The notes below the pieces were generated by a model. It made no database searches and was not told where the DNA came from. It saw only the letters and a list, made by a program, of their open reading frames with translations. Positions 36,565 to 50,140 of a DNA stretch of 64,000 nucleotides are shown in pieces. This stretch comes from Eledone cirrhosa. Taxonomy: Eukaryota. Position 1 is the stretch's first letter, and the number at the start of each line of letters is the position of its first letter. Location of the stretch: NCBI GenBank assembly GCA_964016885.1, contig OZ024743.1:136834001-136898000 (forward strand). The letters run 5' to 3'. Position numbers and translations under genes: made by a program.

Positions 36565-39500
36565 TTAGTGTTTGGTGCTTGGTGCTTAGTGTTTGGTTCT
36601 AGGTGCTTGGTGTTTGGTGCTTGGTGCTTGGTGTTTGGTGCCTGGTGCTTGGTGTTTGGTGTTTGGTGTTTGGTGCTTGGTGCTTGGTGTTTGGTGTTTG
36701 CTGTTTGCTGTTTGTTGTTTGGTGTTTGCTGTTTGGTGTTTGGTGTTTGCTTTTTGGTGTTTGGTGTTTGCTGTATGTTGTTTGCTGTTTGGTGTTTGGT
36801 GTTTGGTGTTTCGTGCTTGGTGTTTGGTGCTTGGTGCTTGGTGTTTGGTGCCTGGTGCTTGGTGCTTGGTGCTTGGTGTTTGGTGTTTGGTGCTTGGTGC
36901 TTGGAGTTTGGTGTTTGGTGCTTGGTGCTTGGTGTTTCGTGTTTCGTGTTTGGTTTTTGGTGCTTGGTGCTTGGTGCTTGGTCCTTGGTGTTTGGTGTTT
37001 GCTGCTTGGTGTTTGATGCTTGGTGCTTGGTGCTTGGTGTTTTGTGTTTGGTGCTTGGTGCTTGGTGTTTGGTGCTTGGTGCTTGGTGCTTGGTGTTTTT
37101 ACTTGGTGCTTGGTGTTTGGTGCTTGGTTCTTGGTGTTTGGTGTTTGGCGTTTGGTGTTTGGTGCTTGGTGCTTGGTGTTTGGTGCTTGGTGCTTGGTGT
37201 TTGGTGCCTGGTGCTTGGTGCTTGGTGTTTTGTGTTTGGTGTTTGGTTTTTGGTGCTTGGTGCTTGGTCCTTGGTGTTTGGTGCTGGGTGCTTTGTGTTT
37301 GGTGCTTGGTGCTTGGTGTTTGGTGTTTGCTGCTTGGTGTTTGATGCTTGGTGCTTGGTGCTTGGTGTTTTGTGTTTGATGCTTGGTTCTTGGTGTATGG
37401 TGCTTGGTGCTTGGTACTTGGTGTTTGTACTTGGTGCTTGGTGCTTGGTGTTTGGTTCTTGGTTCTTGGTGTTTGGTACTTGGTGCTTTGTGCTTGATGT
37501 TTGGTGTTTGGTGCTTGGTGTCTGGTGCTTGGTGCTTGGTGCTTGGTGTTAGGTGTTTGGTGCTTGGTCCTTGGTGTTTGGTGCTTGGTGTTTGGTGTTT
37601 GCTGTTTGGTGTTTGGTGTTTGGTGTTTGGTGTTTGCTGTTTGGTGTCTGCTTTTTGGTGTTCAGTGTTTGCTGCTGGCTGCTTGGTGTTTGGTGTTTGC
37701 TGTTTGGTGTTTGGTCTTTGGTGCTTGGTGTTTGGTGCTTAGTGCTTGGTGTTTGGTGTTTGGTGCTTGGTGCTTGGTGTTTGGTGTTTGGTGCTTGGTG
37801 TTTTGTGTTTGGTGCTTGGTGTCTGGTGCTTGGTGTTTGGTTTTTGGTGCTTGGTGTTTGGTGTTTGGTGTTTGGTGTTTGGTGCTTGGTGCTTGGTGTT
37901 TGGTGTTTGGTGCTTGGTGTCTGGTGCTTGGTGTTTGGTGTTTGGTGTTTGGTGTTTGGTGCTTGGTGCTTGGTGCTTGGTGTTTGGTGTTTGGTGCTTG
38001 GTGTTTGGTGCTTGGTGCTGGGTGGTTGGTGTTTGGTGCTTGGTGTTTGGTGCTGGGTGCTTGGTGTTTGGTGCTGGGTGCTTGGTCTTTGGTGCTTGGT
38101 GCTTGGTCTTTGGTGCTTGGTGTTTGGTGCTTGGTGCTTGGTGCTTGGTGTTTGGTGCTTGGTGCTTGGTGTTTGGTGCTTGGTGCTTGGTGTTTGGTTT
38201 TTGGTGCTTGGTGCTTGGTGTTTGGTGTTTGGTGCTTGCTGCTGGCTGCTTGGTGTTTGATGCATGGTGATTGGTGCTTGGTGTTTGGTGCTTGGTGTTT
38301 GGTGTTTGATGCTTGGTGCTTGGTGCTTGGTGTTTGGTGCTTGGTGCTTGGTGTTTGGTGCTTGGTGCTTGGTGTTTGGTGCTTGGTGTTTGGTGCTTGG
38401 TGTTTGGTGCTTGGTGCTTGGTGCTTGGTGCTTGGTGTTTGGTGGTTGGTGCTTGGTACTTGGTGTTAGGTGTTTGGTGCTTGGTGCTTGGTGTTTGGTG
38501 TTTGGTGCTTGGTGTTTGGTGTTTGGTGCTTGGTGTTTGGTGCTTGGTACTTGGTGCTTGGTGCTTGGTGTTAGGTGTTTGGTGCTTGGTGCTTGGTGTC
38601 TGGTTTTTGGTGCTTGGTGCTTGGTGTTTGGTGTTTGGTGCTTGCTGCTGGCTGCTTGGTGTTTGGTGCTTGGTGATTGGTGCTTGGTGTTTGGTGCTTG
38701 GTGTTTGGTGTTTGGTGCTTGGAGATTGGTGTTTGTACTTGGTGCTTGGTGCTTGGTTCTTGGTGTTTGGTGCTTGGTGCTTGGTGTTTGGTGTTATATG
38801 CTTGGTGTTTGATGCTTGGTGCTTGGTGCTTGGTGTTTGGTGTTTGGTGTTTGATGCTTGGTGCTTGGTGTTTGGTGCTTGGTGCTTGGTGTTTGTACTT
38901 GGTGCTTGGTGCTTGGTGCTTGGTGTTTGGTGCTTGGAGCTTGGTGCTTGGTCCTTGGTGCTTGGTGTTTGGTGGTTGGTGTTTGGTGCTTGGTGTTAGG
39001 TGTTTGGTGCTTGGTGCTTGGTGTTTGGTGTTTGGTGCTTGGTGTTTGGTGTTTGGTGCTTGGTATTTGGTGCTTGGTACTTGGTGCTTGGTGCTTGGTG
39101 TTAGGTGTTTGGTGCTTGGTGTTTGGTGCTTGGTGTTTGGTGCTTGGTGCTTGGTGCTTGGTGCTTGGTGTTTGGTGGTTGGTGTTTGGTGCTTGGTGTT
39201 TGGTGCTTGGTGTTAGGTGTTTGGTGCTTGGTGCTTGGTTTTTGGTGTTTGGTGCTTGGTGTTTGGTGTTTGGTGCTTGGTGTTTGGTGCTTTTTGCTTG
39301 GTGCTTGGTGCTTGGTGTTTGGTGCTGGGTGCTTGGTGCTTGGTGTTTGGTGTTATATGCTTGGTGTTTGATGCTTGGTGCTTGGTGCTTGGTGTTTGGT
39401 GTTTGGTGCTTGGTGTTTGATGCTTGGTGCTTGGTGCTTGGTGTTTGGTGCTTGGTGCTTGGTGTTTGGTGCTTGGTGCTTGGTGTTTGGTGCTTGGTGT

Positions 39501-42500
39501 TTGGTGCTTGGTGTTTGGTGCTTGGTGCTTGGTGCTTGGTGCTTGGTGTTTGGTGGTTGGTGCTTGGTGCTTGGTGTTAGGTGTTTGGTGCTTGGTGCTT
39601 GGTGTCTGGTTTTTGGTGCTTTGTGCTTGCTGTTTGGTGCTTGTTGCTGGCTGCTTGGTGTTTGGTGCTTGGTGATTGGTGCTTGGTGTTTGGTGCTTGG
39701 TGTTTGGTGTTTGGTGCTTGGTGTTTGGTGCTTGGTGCTTGGTGCTTGGTGCTTGGTGTTTGGTGGTTGGTGCTTGGTGCTTGGTGTTAGGTGTTTGGTG
39801 CTTGGTGCTTGGTGTCTGGTTTTTGGTGCTTGGTGCTTGCTGTTTGGTGCTTGTTGCTGGCTGCTTGGTGTTTGGTGCTTGGTGATTGGTGCTTGGTGTT
39901 TGGTGCTTGGTGTTTGGTGTTTGGTGCTTGGTGTTTGTACTTGGTGTTTGGTGCTTGGTGTTTGGTGCTAGGTGCTTGGTGTTTGGTGCTTGGTGCTTGG
40001 TGTTTGGTGCCTGGTGCTTGGTGTTTGGTGTTTGGTGTTTGGTGCTTGGTGCTTGGTGCTTGGTGTTTGGTGCTTGGTGCTTGGTGTTTGGTGCTTGGTG
40101 CTTAGTGTTTGGTGCTTGGTGCTTAGTGTTTGGTTCTAGGTGCTTGGTGTTTGGTGCTTTGTGCTTGGTGTTTGGTGCCTGGTGCTTGGTGTTTGGTGTT
40201 TGGTGTTTGGTGCTTGGTGCTTGGTGTTTGGTGTTTGCTGTTTGCTGTTTGTTGTTTGGTGTTTGCTGTTTGGTGTTTGGTGTTTGCTTTTTGGTGTTTG
40301 GTGTTTGCTGTATGTTGTTTGCTGTTTGGTGTTTGGTGTTTGGTGTTTCGTGCTTGGTGTTTGGTGCTTGGTGCTTGGTGTTTGGTGCCTGGTGCTTGGT
40401 GCTTGGTGCTTGGTGTTTGGTGTTTGGTGCTTGGTGCTTGGAGTTTGGTGTTTGGTGCTTGGTGCTTGGTGTTTCGTGTTTCGTGTTTGGTTTTTGGTGC
40501 TTGGTGCTTGGTGCTTGGTCCTTGGTGTTTGGTGTTTGCTGCTTGGTGTTTGATGCTTGGTGCTTGGTGCTTGGTGTTTTGTGTTTGGTGCTTGGTGCTT
40601 GGTGTTTGGTGCTTGGTGCTTGGTGCTTGGTGTTTTTACTTGGTGCTTGGTGTTTGGTTCTTGGTTCTTGGTGTTTGGTGTTTGGCGTTTGGTGTTTGGT
40701 GCTTGGTGCTTGGTGTTTGGTGCTTGGTGCTTGGTGTTTGGTGCCTGGTGCTTGGTGCTTGGTGTTTTGTGTTTGGTGTTTGGTTTTTGGTGCTTGGTGC
40801 TTGGTCCTTGGTGTTTGGTGCTGGGTGCTTTGTGTTTGGTGCTTGGTGCTTGGTGTTTGGTGTTTGCTGCTTGGTGTTTGATGCTTGGTGCTTGGTGCTT
40901 GGTGTTTTGTGTTTGGTGCTTGGTTCTTGGTGTATGGTGCTTGGTGCTTGGTACTTGGTGTTTGTACTTGGTGCTTGGTGCTTGGTGTTTGGTTCTTGGT
41001 TCTTGGTGTTTGGTACTTGGTGCTTTGTGCTTGATGTTTGGTGTTTGGTGCTTGGTGTTTGGTGCTTGGTGCTTGGTGCTTGGTGTTAGGTGTTTGGTGC
41101 TTGGTCCTTGGTGTTTGGTGCTTGGTGTTTGGTGTTTGCTGTTTGGTGTTTGGTGTTTGGTGTTTGGTGTTTGCTGTTTGGTGTCTGCTTTTTGGTGTTC
41201 AGTGTTTGCTGCTGGCTGCTTGGTGTTTGGTGTTTGCTGTTTGGTGTTTGGTCTTTGGTGCTTGGTGTTTGGTGCTTAGTGCTTGGTGTTTGGTGTTTGG
41301 TGCTTGGTGCTTGGTGTTTGGTGTTTGGTGCTTGGTGTTTGGTGTTTGGTGCTTGGTGTCTGGTGCTTGGTGTTTGGTTTTTGGTGCTTGGTGTTTGGTG
41401 TTTGGTGTTTGGTGTTTGGTGCTTGGTGCTTGGTGTTTGGTGTTTGGTGCTTGGTGTCTGGTGCTTGGTGTTTGGTGTTTGGTGCTTGGTGTTTGGTGTT
41501 TGGTGTTTGGTGCTTGGTGCTTGGTGCTTGGTGTTTGGTGTTTGGTGCTTGGTGTTTGGTGCTTGGTGCTGGGTGGTTGGTGTTTGGTGCTTGGTGTTTG
41601 GTGCTGGGTGCTTGGTGTTTGGTGCTGGGTGCTTGGTCTTTGGTGCTTGGTGCTTGGTCTTTGGTGCTTGGTGTTTGGTGCTTGGTGCTTGGTGCTTGGT
41701 GTTTGGTGCTTGGTGCTTGGTGTTTGGTGCTTGGTGCTTGGTGTTTGGTTTTTGGTGCTTGGTGCTTGGTGTTTGGTGTTTGGTGCCTGCTGCTGGCTGC
41801 TTGGTGTTTGATGCATGGTGATTGGTGCTTGGTGTTTGGTGCTTGGTGTTTGGTGTTTGATGCTTGGTGCTTGGTGCTTGGTGTTTGGTGCTTGGTGCTT
41901 GGTGTTTGGTGCTTGGTGCTTGGTGTTTGGTGCTTGGTGTTTGGTGCTTGGTGTTTGGTGCTTGGTGCTTGGTGCTTGGTGCTTGGTGTTTGGTGGTTGG
42001 TGCTTGGTACTTGGTGTTAGGTGTTTGGTGCTTGGTGCTTGGTGTTTGGTGTTTGGTGCTTGGTGTTTGGTGTTTGGTGCTTGGTGTTTGGTGCTTGGTA
42101 CTTGGTGCTTGGTGCTTGGTGTTAGGTGTTTGGTGCTTGGTGCTTGGTGTCTGGTTTTTGGTGCTTGGTGCTTGGTGTTTGGTGTTTGGTGCTTGCTGCT
42201 GGCTGCTTGGTGTTTGGTGCTTGGTGATTGGTGCTTGGTGTTTGGTGCTTGGTGTTTGGTGTTTGGTGCTTGGAGATTGGTGTTTGTACTTGGTGCTTGG
42301 TGCTTGGTTCTTGGTGTTTGGTGCTTGGTGCTTGGTGTTTGGTGTTATATGCTTGGTGTTTGATGCTTGGTGCTTGGTGCTTGGTGTTTGGTGTTTGGTG
42401 TTTGATGCTTGGTGCTTGGTGTTTGGTGCTTGGTGCTTGGTGTTTGTACTTGGTGCTTGGTGCTTGGTGCTTGGTGTTTGGTGCTTGGTGCTTGGTGCTT

Positions 42501-45500
42501 GGTCCTTGGTGCTTGGTGTTTGGTGGTTGGTGTTTGGTGCTTGGTGTTAGGTGTTTGGTGCTTGGTGCTTGGTGTTTGGTGTTTGGTGCTTGGTGTTTGG
42601 TGTTTGGTGCTTGGTATTTGGTGCTTGGTACTTGGTGCTTGGTGCTTGGTGTTAGGTGTTTGGTGCTTGGTGTTTGGTGCTTGGTGTTTGGTGCTTGGTG
42701 CTTGGTGCTTGGTGCTTGGTGTTTGGTGGTTGGTGTTTGGTGCTTGGTGTTTGGTGCTTGGTGTTAGGTGTTTGGTGCTTGGTGCTTGGTTTTTGGTGTT
42801 TGGTGCTTGGTGTTTGGTGTTTGGTGCTTGGTGTTTGGTGCTTTTTGCTTGGTGCTTGGTGCTTGGTGTTTGGTGCTGGGTGCTTGGTGCTTGGTGTTTG
42901 GTGTTATATGCTTGGTGTTTGATGCTTGGTGCTTGGTGCTTGGTGTTTGGTGTTTGGTGCTTGGTGTTTGATGCTTGGTGCTTGGTGCTTGGTGTTTGGT
43001 GCTTGGTGCTTGGTGTTTGGTGCTTGGTGCTTGGTGTTTGGTGCTTGGTGTTTGGTGCTTGGTGTTTGGTGCTTGGTGCTTGGTGCTTGGTGCTTGGTGT
43101 TTGGTGGTTGGTGCTTGGTGCTTGGTGTTAGGTGTTTGGTGCTTGGTGCTTGGTGTCTGGTTTTTGGTGCTTGGTGCTTGCTGTTTGGTGCTTGTTGCTG
43201 GCTGCTTGGTGTTTGGTGCTTGGTGATTGGTGCTTGGTGTTTGGTGCTTGGTGTTTGGTGTTTGGTGCTTGGTGTTTGTACTTGGTGTTTGGTGCTTGGT
43301 GTTTGGTGCTAGGTGCTTGGTGTTTGGTGCTTGGTGCTTGGTGTTTGGTGCCTGGTGCTTGGTGTTTGGTGTTTGGTGTTTGGTGCTTGGTGCTTGGTGC
43401 TTGGTGTTTGGTGCTTGGTGCTTGGTGTTTGGTGCTTGGTGCTTAGTGTTTGGTGCTTGGTGCTTAGTGTTTGGTTCTAGGTGCTTGGTGTTTGGTGCTT
43501 TGTGCTTGGTGTTTGGTGCCTGGTGCTTGGTGTTTGGTGTTTGGTGTTTGGTGCTTGGTGCTTGGTGTTTGGTGTTTGCTGTTTGCTGTTTGTTGTTTGG
43601 TGTTTGCTGTTTGGTGTTTGGTGTTTGCTTTTTGGTGTTTGGTGTTTGCTGTATGTTGTTTGCTGTTTGGTGTTTGGTGTTTGGTGTTTCGTGCTTGGTG
43701 TTTGGTGCTTGGTGCTTGGTGTTTGGTGCCTGGTGCTTGGTGCTTGGTGCTTGGTGTTTGGTGTTTGGTGCTTGGTGCTTGGAGTTTGGTGTTTGGTGCT
43801 TGGTGCTTGGTGTTTCGTGTTTCGTGTTTGGTTTTTGGTGCTTGGTGCTTGGTGCTTGGTCCTTGGTGTTTGGTGTTTGCTGCTTGGTGTTTGATGCTTG
43901 GTGCTTGGTGCTTGGTGTTTTGTGTTTGGTGCTTGGTGCTTGGTGTTTGGTGCTTGGTGCTTGGTGCTTGGTGTTTGTACTTGGTGCTTGGTGTTTGGTT
44001 CTTGGTTCTTGGTGTTTGGTGTTTGGCGTTTGGTGTTTGGTGCTTGGTGCTTGGTGTTTGGTGCTTGGTGCTTGGTGTTTGGTGCCTGGTGCTTGGTGCT
44101 TGGTGTTTGGTGTTTGGTGCTTGGTGCTTGGTGCTTGGAGTTTGGTGTTTGGTGCTTGGTGCTTTGTGTTTTGTGTTTGGTGTTTGGTTTTTGGTGCTTG
44201 GTGCTTGGTCCTTGGTGTTTGGTGCTGGGTGCTTTGTGTTTGGTGCTTGGTGCTTGGTGTTTGGTGTTTGCTGCTTGGTGTTTGATGCTTGGTGCTTGGT
44301 GCTTGGTGTATTGTGCTTGGTGCTTGGTACTTGGTGTTTGTACTTGGTGCTTGGTGCTTGGTGTTTGGTTCTTGATTCTTGGTGTTTGGTACTTGGTGCT
44401 TCGTGCTTGATGTTTGGTGTTTGGTGCTTGGTGTTTGGTGCTTGGTGCTTGGTGCTTGGTGTTAGGTGTTTGGTGCTTGGTCCTTGGTGTTTGGTGCTTG
44501 GTGTTTGGTGTTTGCTGTTTGGTGTTTGGTGTTTGGTGTTTGGTGTTTGCTGTTTGGTGTCTGCTTTTTGGTGTTCAGTGTTTGCTGCTGGCTGCTTGGT
44601 GTTTGGTGTTTGCTGTTTGGTGTTTGGTCTTTGGTGCTTGGTGTTTGGTGCTTGGTGCTTGGTGTTTGGTGTTTGGTGCTTGGTGCTTGGTGTTTGGTGT
44701 TTGGTGCTTGGTGTTTGGTGTTTGGTGCTTGGTGTCTGGTGCTTGGTGTTTGGTTTTTGGTGCTTGGTGTTTGGTGTTTGGTGTTTGGTGTTTGGTGCTT
44801 GGTGCTTGGTGTTTGGTGTTTGGTGCTTGGTGTCTGGTGCTTGGTGTTTGGTGTTTGGTGCTTGGTGTTTGGTGTTTGGTGTTTGGTGCTTGGTGCTTGG
44901 TGCTTGGTGTTTGGTGTTTGGTGCTTGGTGTTTGGTGCTTGGTGCTGGGTGGTTGGTGTTTGGTGCTTGGTGTTTGGTGCTGGGTGCTTGGTGTTTGGTG
45001 CTGGGTGCTTGGTCTTTGGTGCTTGGTGCTTGGTCTTTGGTGCTTGGTGTTTGGTGCTTGGTGCTTGGTGCTTGGTGTTTGGTGCTTGGTGCTTGGTGTT
45101 TGGTGCTTGGTGCTTGGTGTTTGGTTTTTGGTGCTTGGTGCTTGGTGTTTGGTGTTTGGTGCCTGCTGCTGGCTGCTTGGTGTTTGATGCATGGTGATTG
45201 GTGCTTGGTGTTTGGTGCTTGGTGTTTGGTGTTTGATGCTTGGTGCTTGGTGCTTGGTGTTTGGTGCTTGGTGCTTGGTGTTTGGTGCTTGGTGCTTGGT
45301 GTTTGGTGCTTGGTGTTTGGTGCTTGGTGTTTGGTGCTTGGTGCTTGGTGCTTGGTGCTTGGTGTTTGGTGGTTGGTGCTTGGTACTTGGTGTTAGGTGT
45401 TTGGTGCTTGGTGCTTGGTGTTTGGTGTTTGGTGCTTGGTGTTTGGTGTTTGGTGCTTGGTGTTTGGTGCTTGGTACTTGGTGCTTGGTGCTTGGTGTTA

Positions 45501-48500
45501 GGTGTTTGGTGCTTGGTGCTTGGTGTCTGGTTTTTGGTGCTTGGTGCTTGGTGTTTGGTGTTTGGTGCTTGCTGCTGGCTGCTTGGTGTTTGGTGCTTGG
45601 TGATTGGTGCTTGGTGTTTGGTGCTTGGTGTTTGGTGTTTGGTGCTTGGAGATTGGTGTTTGTACTTGGTGCTTGGTGCTTGGTTCTTGGTGTTTGGTGC
45701 TTGGTGCTTGGTGTTTGGTGTTATATGCTTGGTGTTTGATGCTTGGTGCTTGGTGCTTGGTGTTTGGTGTTTGGTGTTTGATGCTTGGTGCTTGGTGTTT
45801 GGTGCTTGGTGCTTGGTGTTTGTACTTGGTGCTTGGTGCTTGGTGCTTGGTGTTTGGTGCTTGGTGCTTGGTGCTTGGTCCTTGGTGCTTGGTGTTTGGT
45901 GGTTGGTGTTTGGTGCTTGGTGTTAGGTGTTTGGTGCTTGGTGCTTGGTGTTTGGTGTTTGGTGCTTGGTGTTTGGTGTTTGGTGCTTGGTATTTGGTGC
46001 TTGGTACTTGGTGCTTGGTGCTTGGTGTTAGGTGTTTGGTGCTTGGTGTTTGGTGCTTGGTGTTTGGTGCTTGGTGCTTGGTGCTTGGTGCTTGGTGTTT
46101 GGTGGTTGGTGTTTGGTGCTTGGTGTTTGGTGCTTGGTGTTAGGTGTTTGGTGCTTGGTGCTTGGTTTTTGGTGTTTGGTGCTTGGTGTTTGGTGTTTGG
46201 TGCTTGGTGTTTGGTGCTTTTTGCTTGGTGCTTGGTGCTTGGTGTTTGGTGCTGGGTGCTTGGTGCTTGGTGTTTGGTGTTATATGCTTGGTGTTTGATG
46301 CTTGGTGCTTGGTGCTTGGTGTTTGGTGTTTGGTGCTTGGTGTTTGATGCTTGGTGCTTGGTGCTTGGTGTTTGGTGCTTGGTGCTTGGTGTTTGGTGCT
46401 TGGTGCTTGGTGTTTGGTGCTTGGTGTTTGGTGCTTGGTGTTTGGTGCTTGGTGCTTGGTGCTTGGTGCTTGGTGTTTGGTGGTTGGTGCTTGGTGCTTG
46501 GTGTTAGGTGTTTGGTGCTTGGTGCTTGGTGTCTGGTTTTTGGTGCTTGGTGCTTGCTGTTTGGTGCTTGTTGCTGGCTGCTTGGTGTTTGGTGCTTGGT
46601 GATTGGTGCTTGGTGTTTGGTGCTTGGTGTTTGGTGCTTGGTGTTTGTACTTGGTGTTTGGTGCTTGGTGTTTGGTGCTAGGTGCTTGGTGTTTGGTGCT
46701 TGGTGCTTGGTGTTTGGTGCCTGGTGCTTGGTGTTTGGTGTTTGGTGTTTGGTGCTTGGTGCTTGGTGCTTGGTGTTTGGTGCTTGGTGCTTGGTGTTTG
46801 GTGCTTGGTGCTTAGTGTTTGGTGCTTGGTGCTTAGTGTTTGGTTCTAGGTGCTTGGTGTTTGGTGCTTTGTGCTTGGTGTTTGGTGCCTGGTGCTTGGT
46901 GTTTGGTGTTTGGTGTTTGGTGCTTGGTGCTTGGTGTTTGGTGTTTGCTGTTTGCTGTTTGTTGTTTGGTGTTTGCTGTTTGGTGTTTGGTGTTTGCTTT
47001 TTGGTGTTTGGTGTTTGCTGTATGTTGTTTGCTGTTTGGTGTTTGGTGTTTGGTGTTTCGTGCTTGGTGTTTGGTGCTTGGTGCTTGGTGTTTGGTGCCT
47101 GGTGCTTGGTGCTTGGTGCTTGGTGTTTGGTGTTTGGTGCTTGGTGCTTGGAGTTTGGTGTTTGGTGCTTGGTGCTTGGTGTTTCGTGTTTCGTGTTTGG
47201 TTTTTGGTGCTTGGTGCTTGGTGCTTGGTCCTTGGTGTTTGGTGTTTGCTGCTTGGTGTTTGATGCTTGGTGCTTGGTGCTTGGTGTTTTGTGTTTGGTG
47301 CTTGGTGCTTGGTGTTTGGTGCTTGGTGCTTGGTGCTTGGTGTTTGTACTTGGTGCTTGGTGTTTGGTTCTTGGTTCTTGGTGATTGGTGTTTGGCGTTT
47401 GGTGTTTGGTGCTTGGTGCTTGGTGTTTGGTGCTTGGTGCTTGGTGTTTGGTGCCTGGTGCTTGGTGCTTGGTGTTTGGTGTTTGGTGCTTGGTGCTTGG
47501 TGCTTGGAGTTTGGTGTTTGGTGCTTGGTGCTTTGTGTTTTGTGTTTGGTGTTTGGTTTTTGGTGCTTGGTGCTTGGTCCTTGGTGTTTGGTGCTGGGTG
47601 CTTTGTGTTTGGTGCTTGGTGCTTGGTGTTTGGTGTTTGCTGCTTGGTGTTTGATGCTTGGTGCTTGGTGCTTGGTGTATTGTGCTTGGTGCTTGGTACT
47701 TGGTGTTTGTACTTGGTGCTTGGTGCTTGGTGTTTGGTTCTTGATTCTTGGTGTTTGGTACTTGGTGCTTCGTGCTTGATGTTTGGTGTTTGGTGCTTGG
47801 TGTTTGGTGCTTGGTGCTTGGTGCTTGGTGTTAGGTGTTTGGTGCTTGGTCCTTGGTGTTTGGTGCTTGGTGTTTGGTGTTTGCTGTTTGGTGTTTGGTG
47901 TTTGGTGTTTGGTGTTTGCTGTTTGGTGTCTGCTTTTTGGTGTTCAGTGTTTGCTGCTGGCTGCTTGGTGTTTGGTGTTTGCTGTTTGGTGTTTGGTCTT
48001 TGGTGCTTGGTGTTTGGTGCTTGGTGCTTGGTGTTTGGTGTTTGGTGCTTGGTGCTTGGTGTTTGGTGTTTGGTGCTTGGTGTTTGGTGTTTGGTGCTTG
48101 GTGTCTGGTGCTTGGTGTTTGGTTTTTGGTGCTTGGTGTTTGGTGTTTGGTGTTTGGTGTTTGGTGCTTGGTGCTTGGTGTTTGGTGTTTGGTGCTTGGT
48201 GTCTGGTGCTTGGTGTTTGGTGTTTGGTGCTTGGTGTTTGGTGTTTGGTGTTTGGTGCTTGGTGCTTGGTGCTTGGTGTTTGGTGTTTGGTGCTTGGTGT
48301 TTGGTGCTTGGTGCTGGGTGGTTGGTGTTTGGTGCTTGGTGTTTGGTGCTGGGTGCTTGGTGTTTGGTGCTGGGTGCTTGGTCTTTGCTGCTTGGTGCTT
48401 GGTCTTTGGTGCTTGGTGTTTGGTGCTTGGTGCTTGGTGCTTGGTGTTTGGTGCTTGGTGCTTGGTGTTTGGTGCTTGGTGCTTGGTGTTTGGTTTTTGG

Positions 48501-50140
48501 TGCTTGGTGCTTGGTGTTTGGTGTTTGGTGCTTGCTGCTGGCTGCTTGGTGTTTGATGCATGGTGATTGGTGCTTGGTGTTTGGTGCTTGGTGTTTGGTG
48601 TTTGATGCTTGGTGCTTGGTGCTTGGTGTTTGGTGCTTGGTGCTTGGTGTTTGGTGCTTGGTGCTTGGTGTTTGGTGCTTGGTGTTTGGTGCTTGGTGTT
48701 TGGTGCTTGGTGCTTGGTGCTTGGTGCTTGGTGTTTGGTGGTTGGTGCTTGGTACTTGGTGTTAGGTGTTTGGTGCTTGGTGCTTGGTGTTTGGTGTTTG
48801 GTGCTTGGTGTTTGGTGTTTGGTGCTTGGTGTTTGGTGCTTGGTACTTGGTGCTTGGTGCTTGGTGTTAGGTGTTTGGTGCTTGGTGCTTGGTGTCTGGT
48901 TTTTGGTGCTTGGTGCTTGGTGTTTGGTGTTTGGTGCTTGCTGCTGGCTGCTTGGTGTTTGGTGCTTGGTGATTGGTGCTTGGTGTTTGGTGCTTGGTGT
49001 TTGGTGTTTGGTGCTTGGGGATTGGTGTTTGTACTTGGTGCTTGGTGCTTGGTTCTTGGTGTTTGGTGCTTGGTGCTTGGTGTTTGGTGTTATATGCTTG
49101 GTGTTTGATGCTTGGTGCTTGGTGCTTGGTGTTTGGTGTTTGGTGTTTGATGCTTGGTGCTTGGTGTTTGGTGCTTGATGCTTGGTGTTTGTACTTGGTG
49201 CTTGGTGCTTGGTGCTTGGTGTTTGGTGCTTGGTGCTTGGTGCTTGGTCCTTGGTGCTTGGTGTTTGGTGGTTGGTGTTTGGTGCTTGGTGTTAGGTGTT
49301 TGGTGCTTGGTGCTTGGTGTTTGGTGTTTGGTGCTTGGTGTTTGGTGTTTGGTGCTTGGTATTTGGTGCTTGGTACTTGGTGCTTGGTGCTTGGTGTTAG
49401 GTGTTTGGTGCTTGGTGTTTGGTGCTTGGTGTTTGGTGCTTGGTGCTTGGTGCTTGGTGCTTGGTGTTTGGTGGTTGGTGTTTGGTGCTTGGTGTTTGGT
49501 GCTTGGTGTTAGGTGTTTGGTGCTTGGTGCTTGGTGTTTGGTGTTTGGTGCTTGGTGTTTGGTGTTTGGTGCTTGGTGTTTGGTGCTTTTTGCTTGGTGC
49601 TTGGTGCTTGGTGTTTGGTGCTGGGTGCTTGGTGCTTGGTGTTTGGTGTTATATGCTTGGTGTTTGATGCTTGGTGCTTGGTGCTTGGTGTTTGGTGTTT
49701 GGTGCTTGGTGTTTGATGCTTGGTGCTTGGTGCTTGGTGTTTGGTGCTTGGTGCTTGGTGTTTGGTGCTTGGTGCTTGGTGTTTGGTGCTTGGTGTTTGG
49801 TGCTTGGTGTTTGGTGCTTGGTGCTTGGTGCTTGGTGCTTGGTGTTTGGTGGTTGGTGCTTGGTGCTTGGTGTTAGGTGTTTGGTGCTTGGTGCTTGGTG
49901 TCTGGTTTTTGGTGCTTGGTGCTTGCTGTTTGGTGCTTGTTGCTGGCTGCTTGGTGTTTGGTGCTTGGTGATTGGTGCTTGGTGTTTGGTGCTTGGTGTT
50001 TGGTGTTTGGTGCTTGGTGTTTGTACTTGGTGTTTGGTGCTTGGTGTTTGGTGCTAGGTGCTTGGTGTTTGGTGCTTGGTGCTTGGTGTTTGGTGCCTGG
50101 TGCTTGGTGTTTGGTGTTTGGTGTTTGGTGCTTGGTGCTT
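36565..50140 (+). repeat. Four tandem copies of a ~3.4-kb (~480-monomer) HOR starting at 36565, 40102, 43443 and 46812
   Basis: The start marker TTAGTGT TTGGTGC TTGGTGC TTAGTGT TTGGTTC TAGGTGC recurs at spacings 3537, 3341 and 3369. The private monomer TCAGTGT occurs at 37662, 41199, 44575 and 47944. ORF sets 38264/41815/45191/48560 and 39105/42656/46032/49401. Confidence 0.93.
39490..39930 (+). repeat. 210-bp (30-monomer) duplication private to HOR copy 1
   Basis: The TTGGTGG..TAGGTGT..CTGGTTT..TTGCTGT..TTGTTGC TGGCTGC..TTGGTGA block occurs twice (ORF starts 39581, 39791) but only once in the other three HOR copies. Confidence 0.85.
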
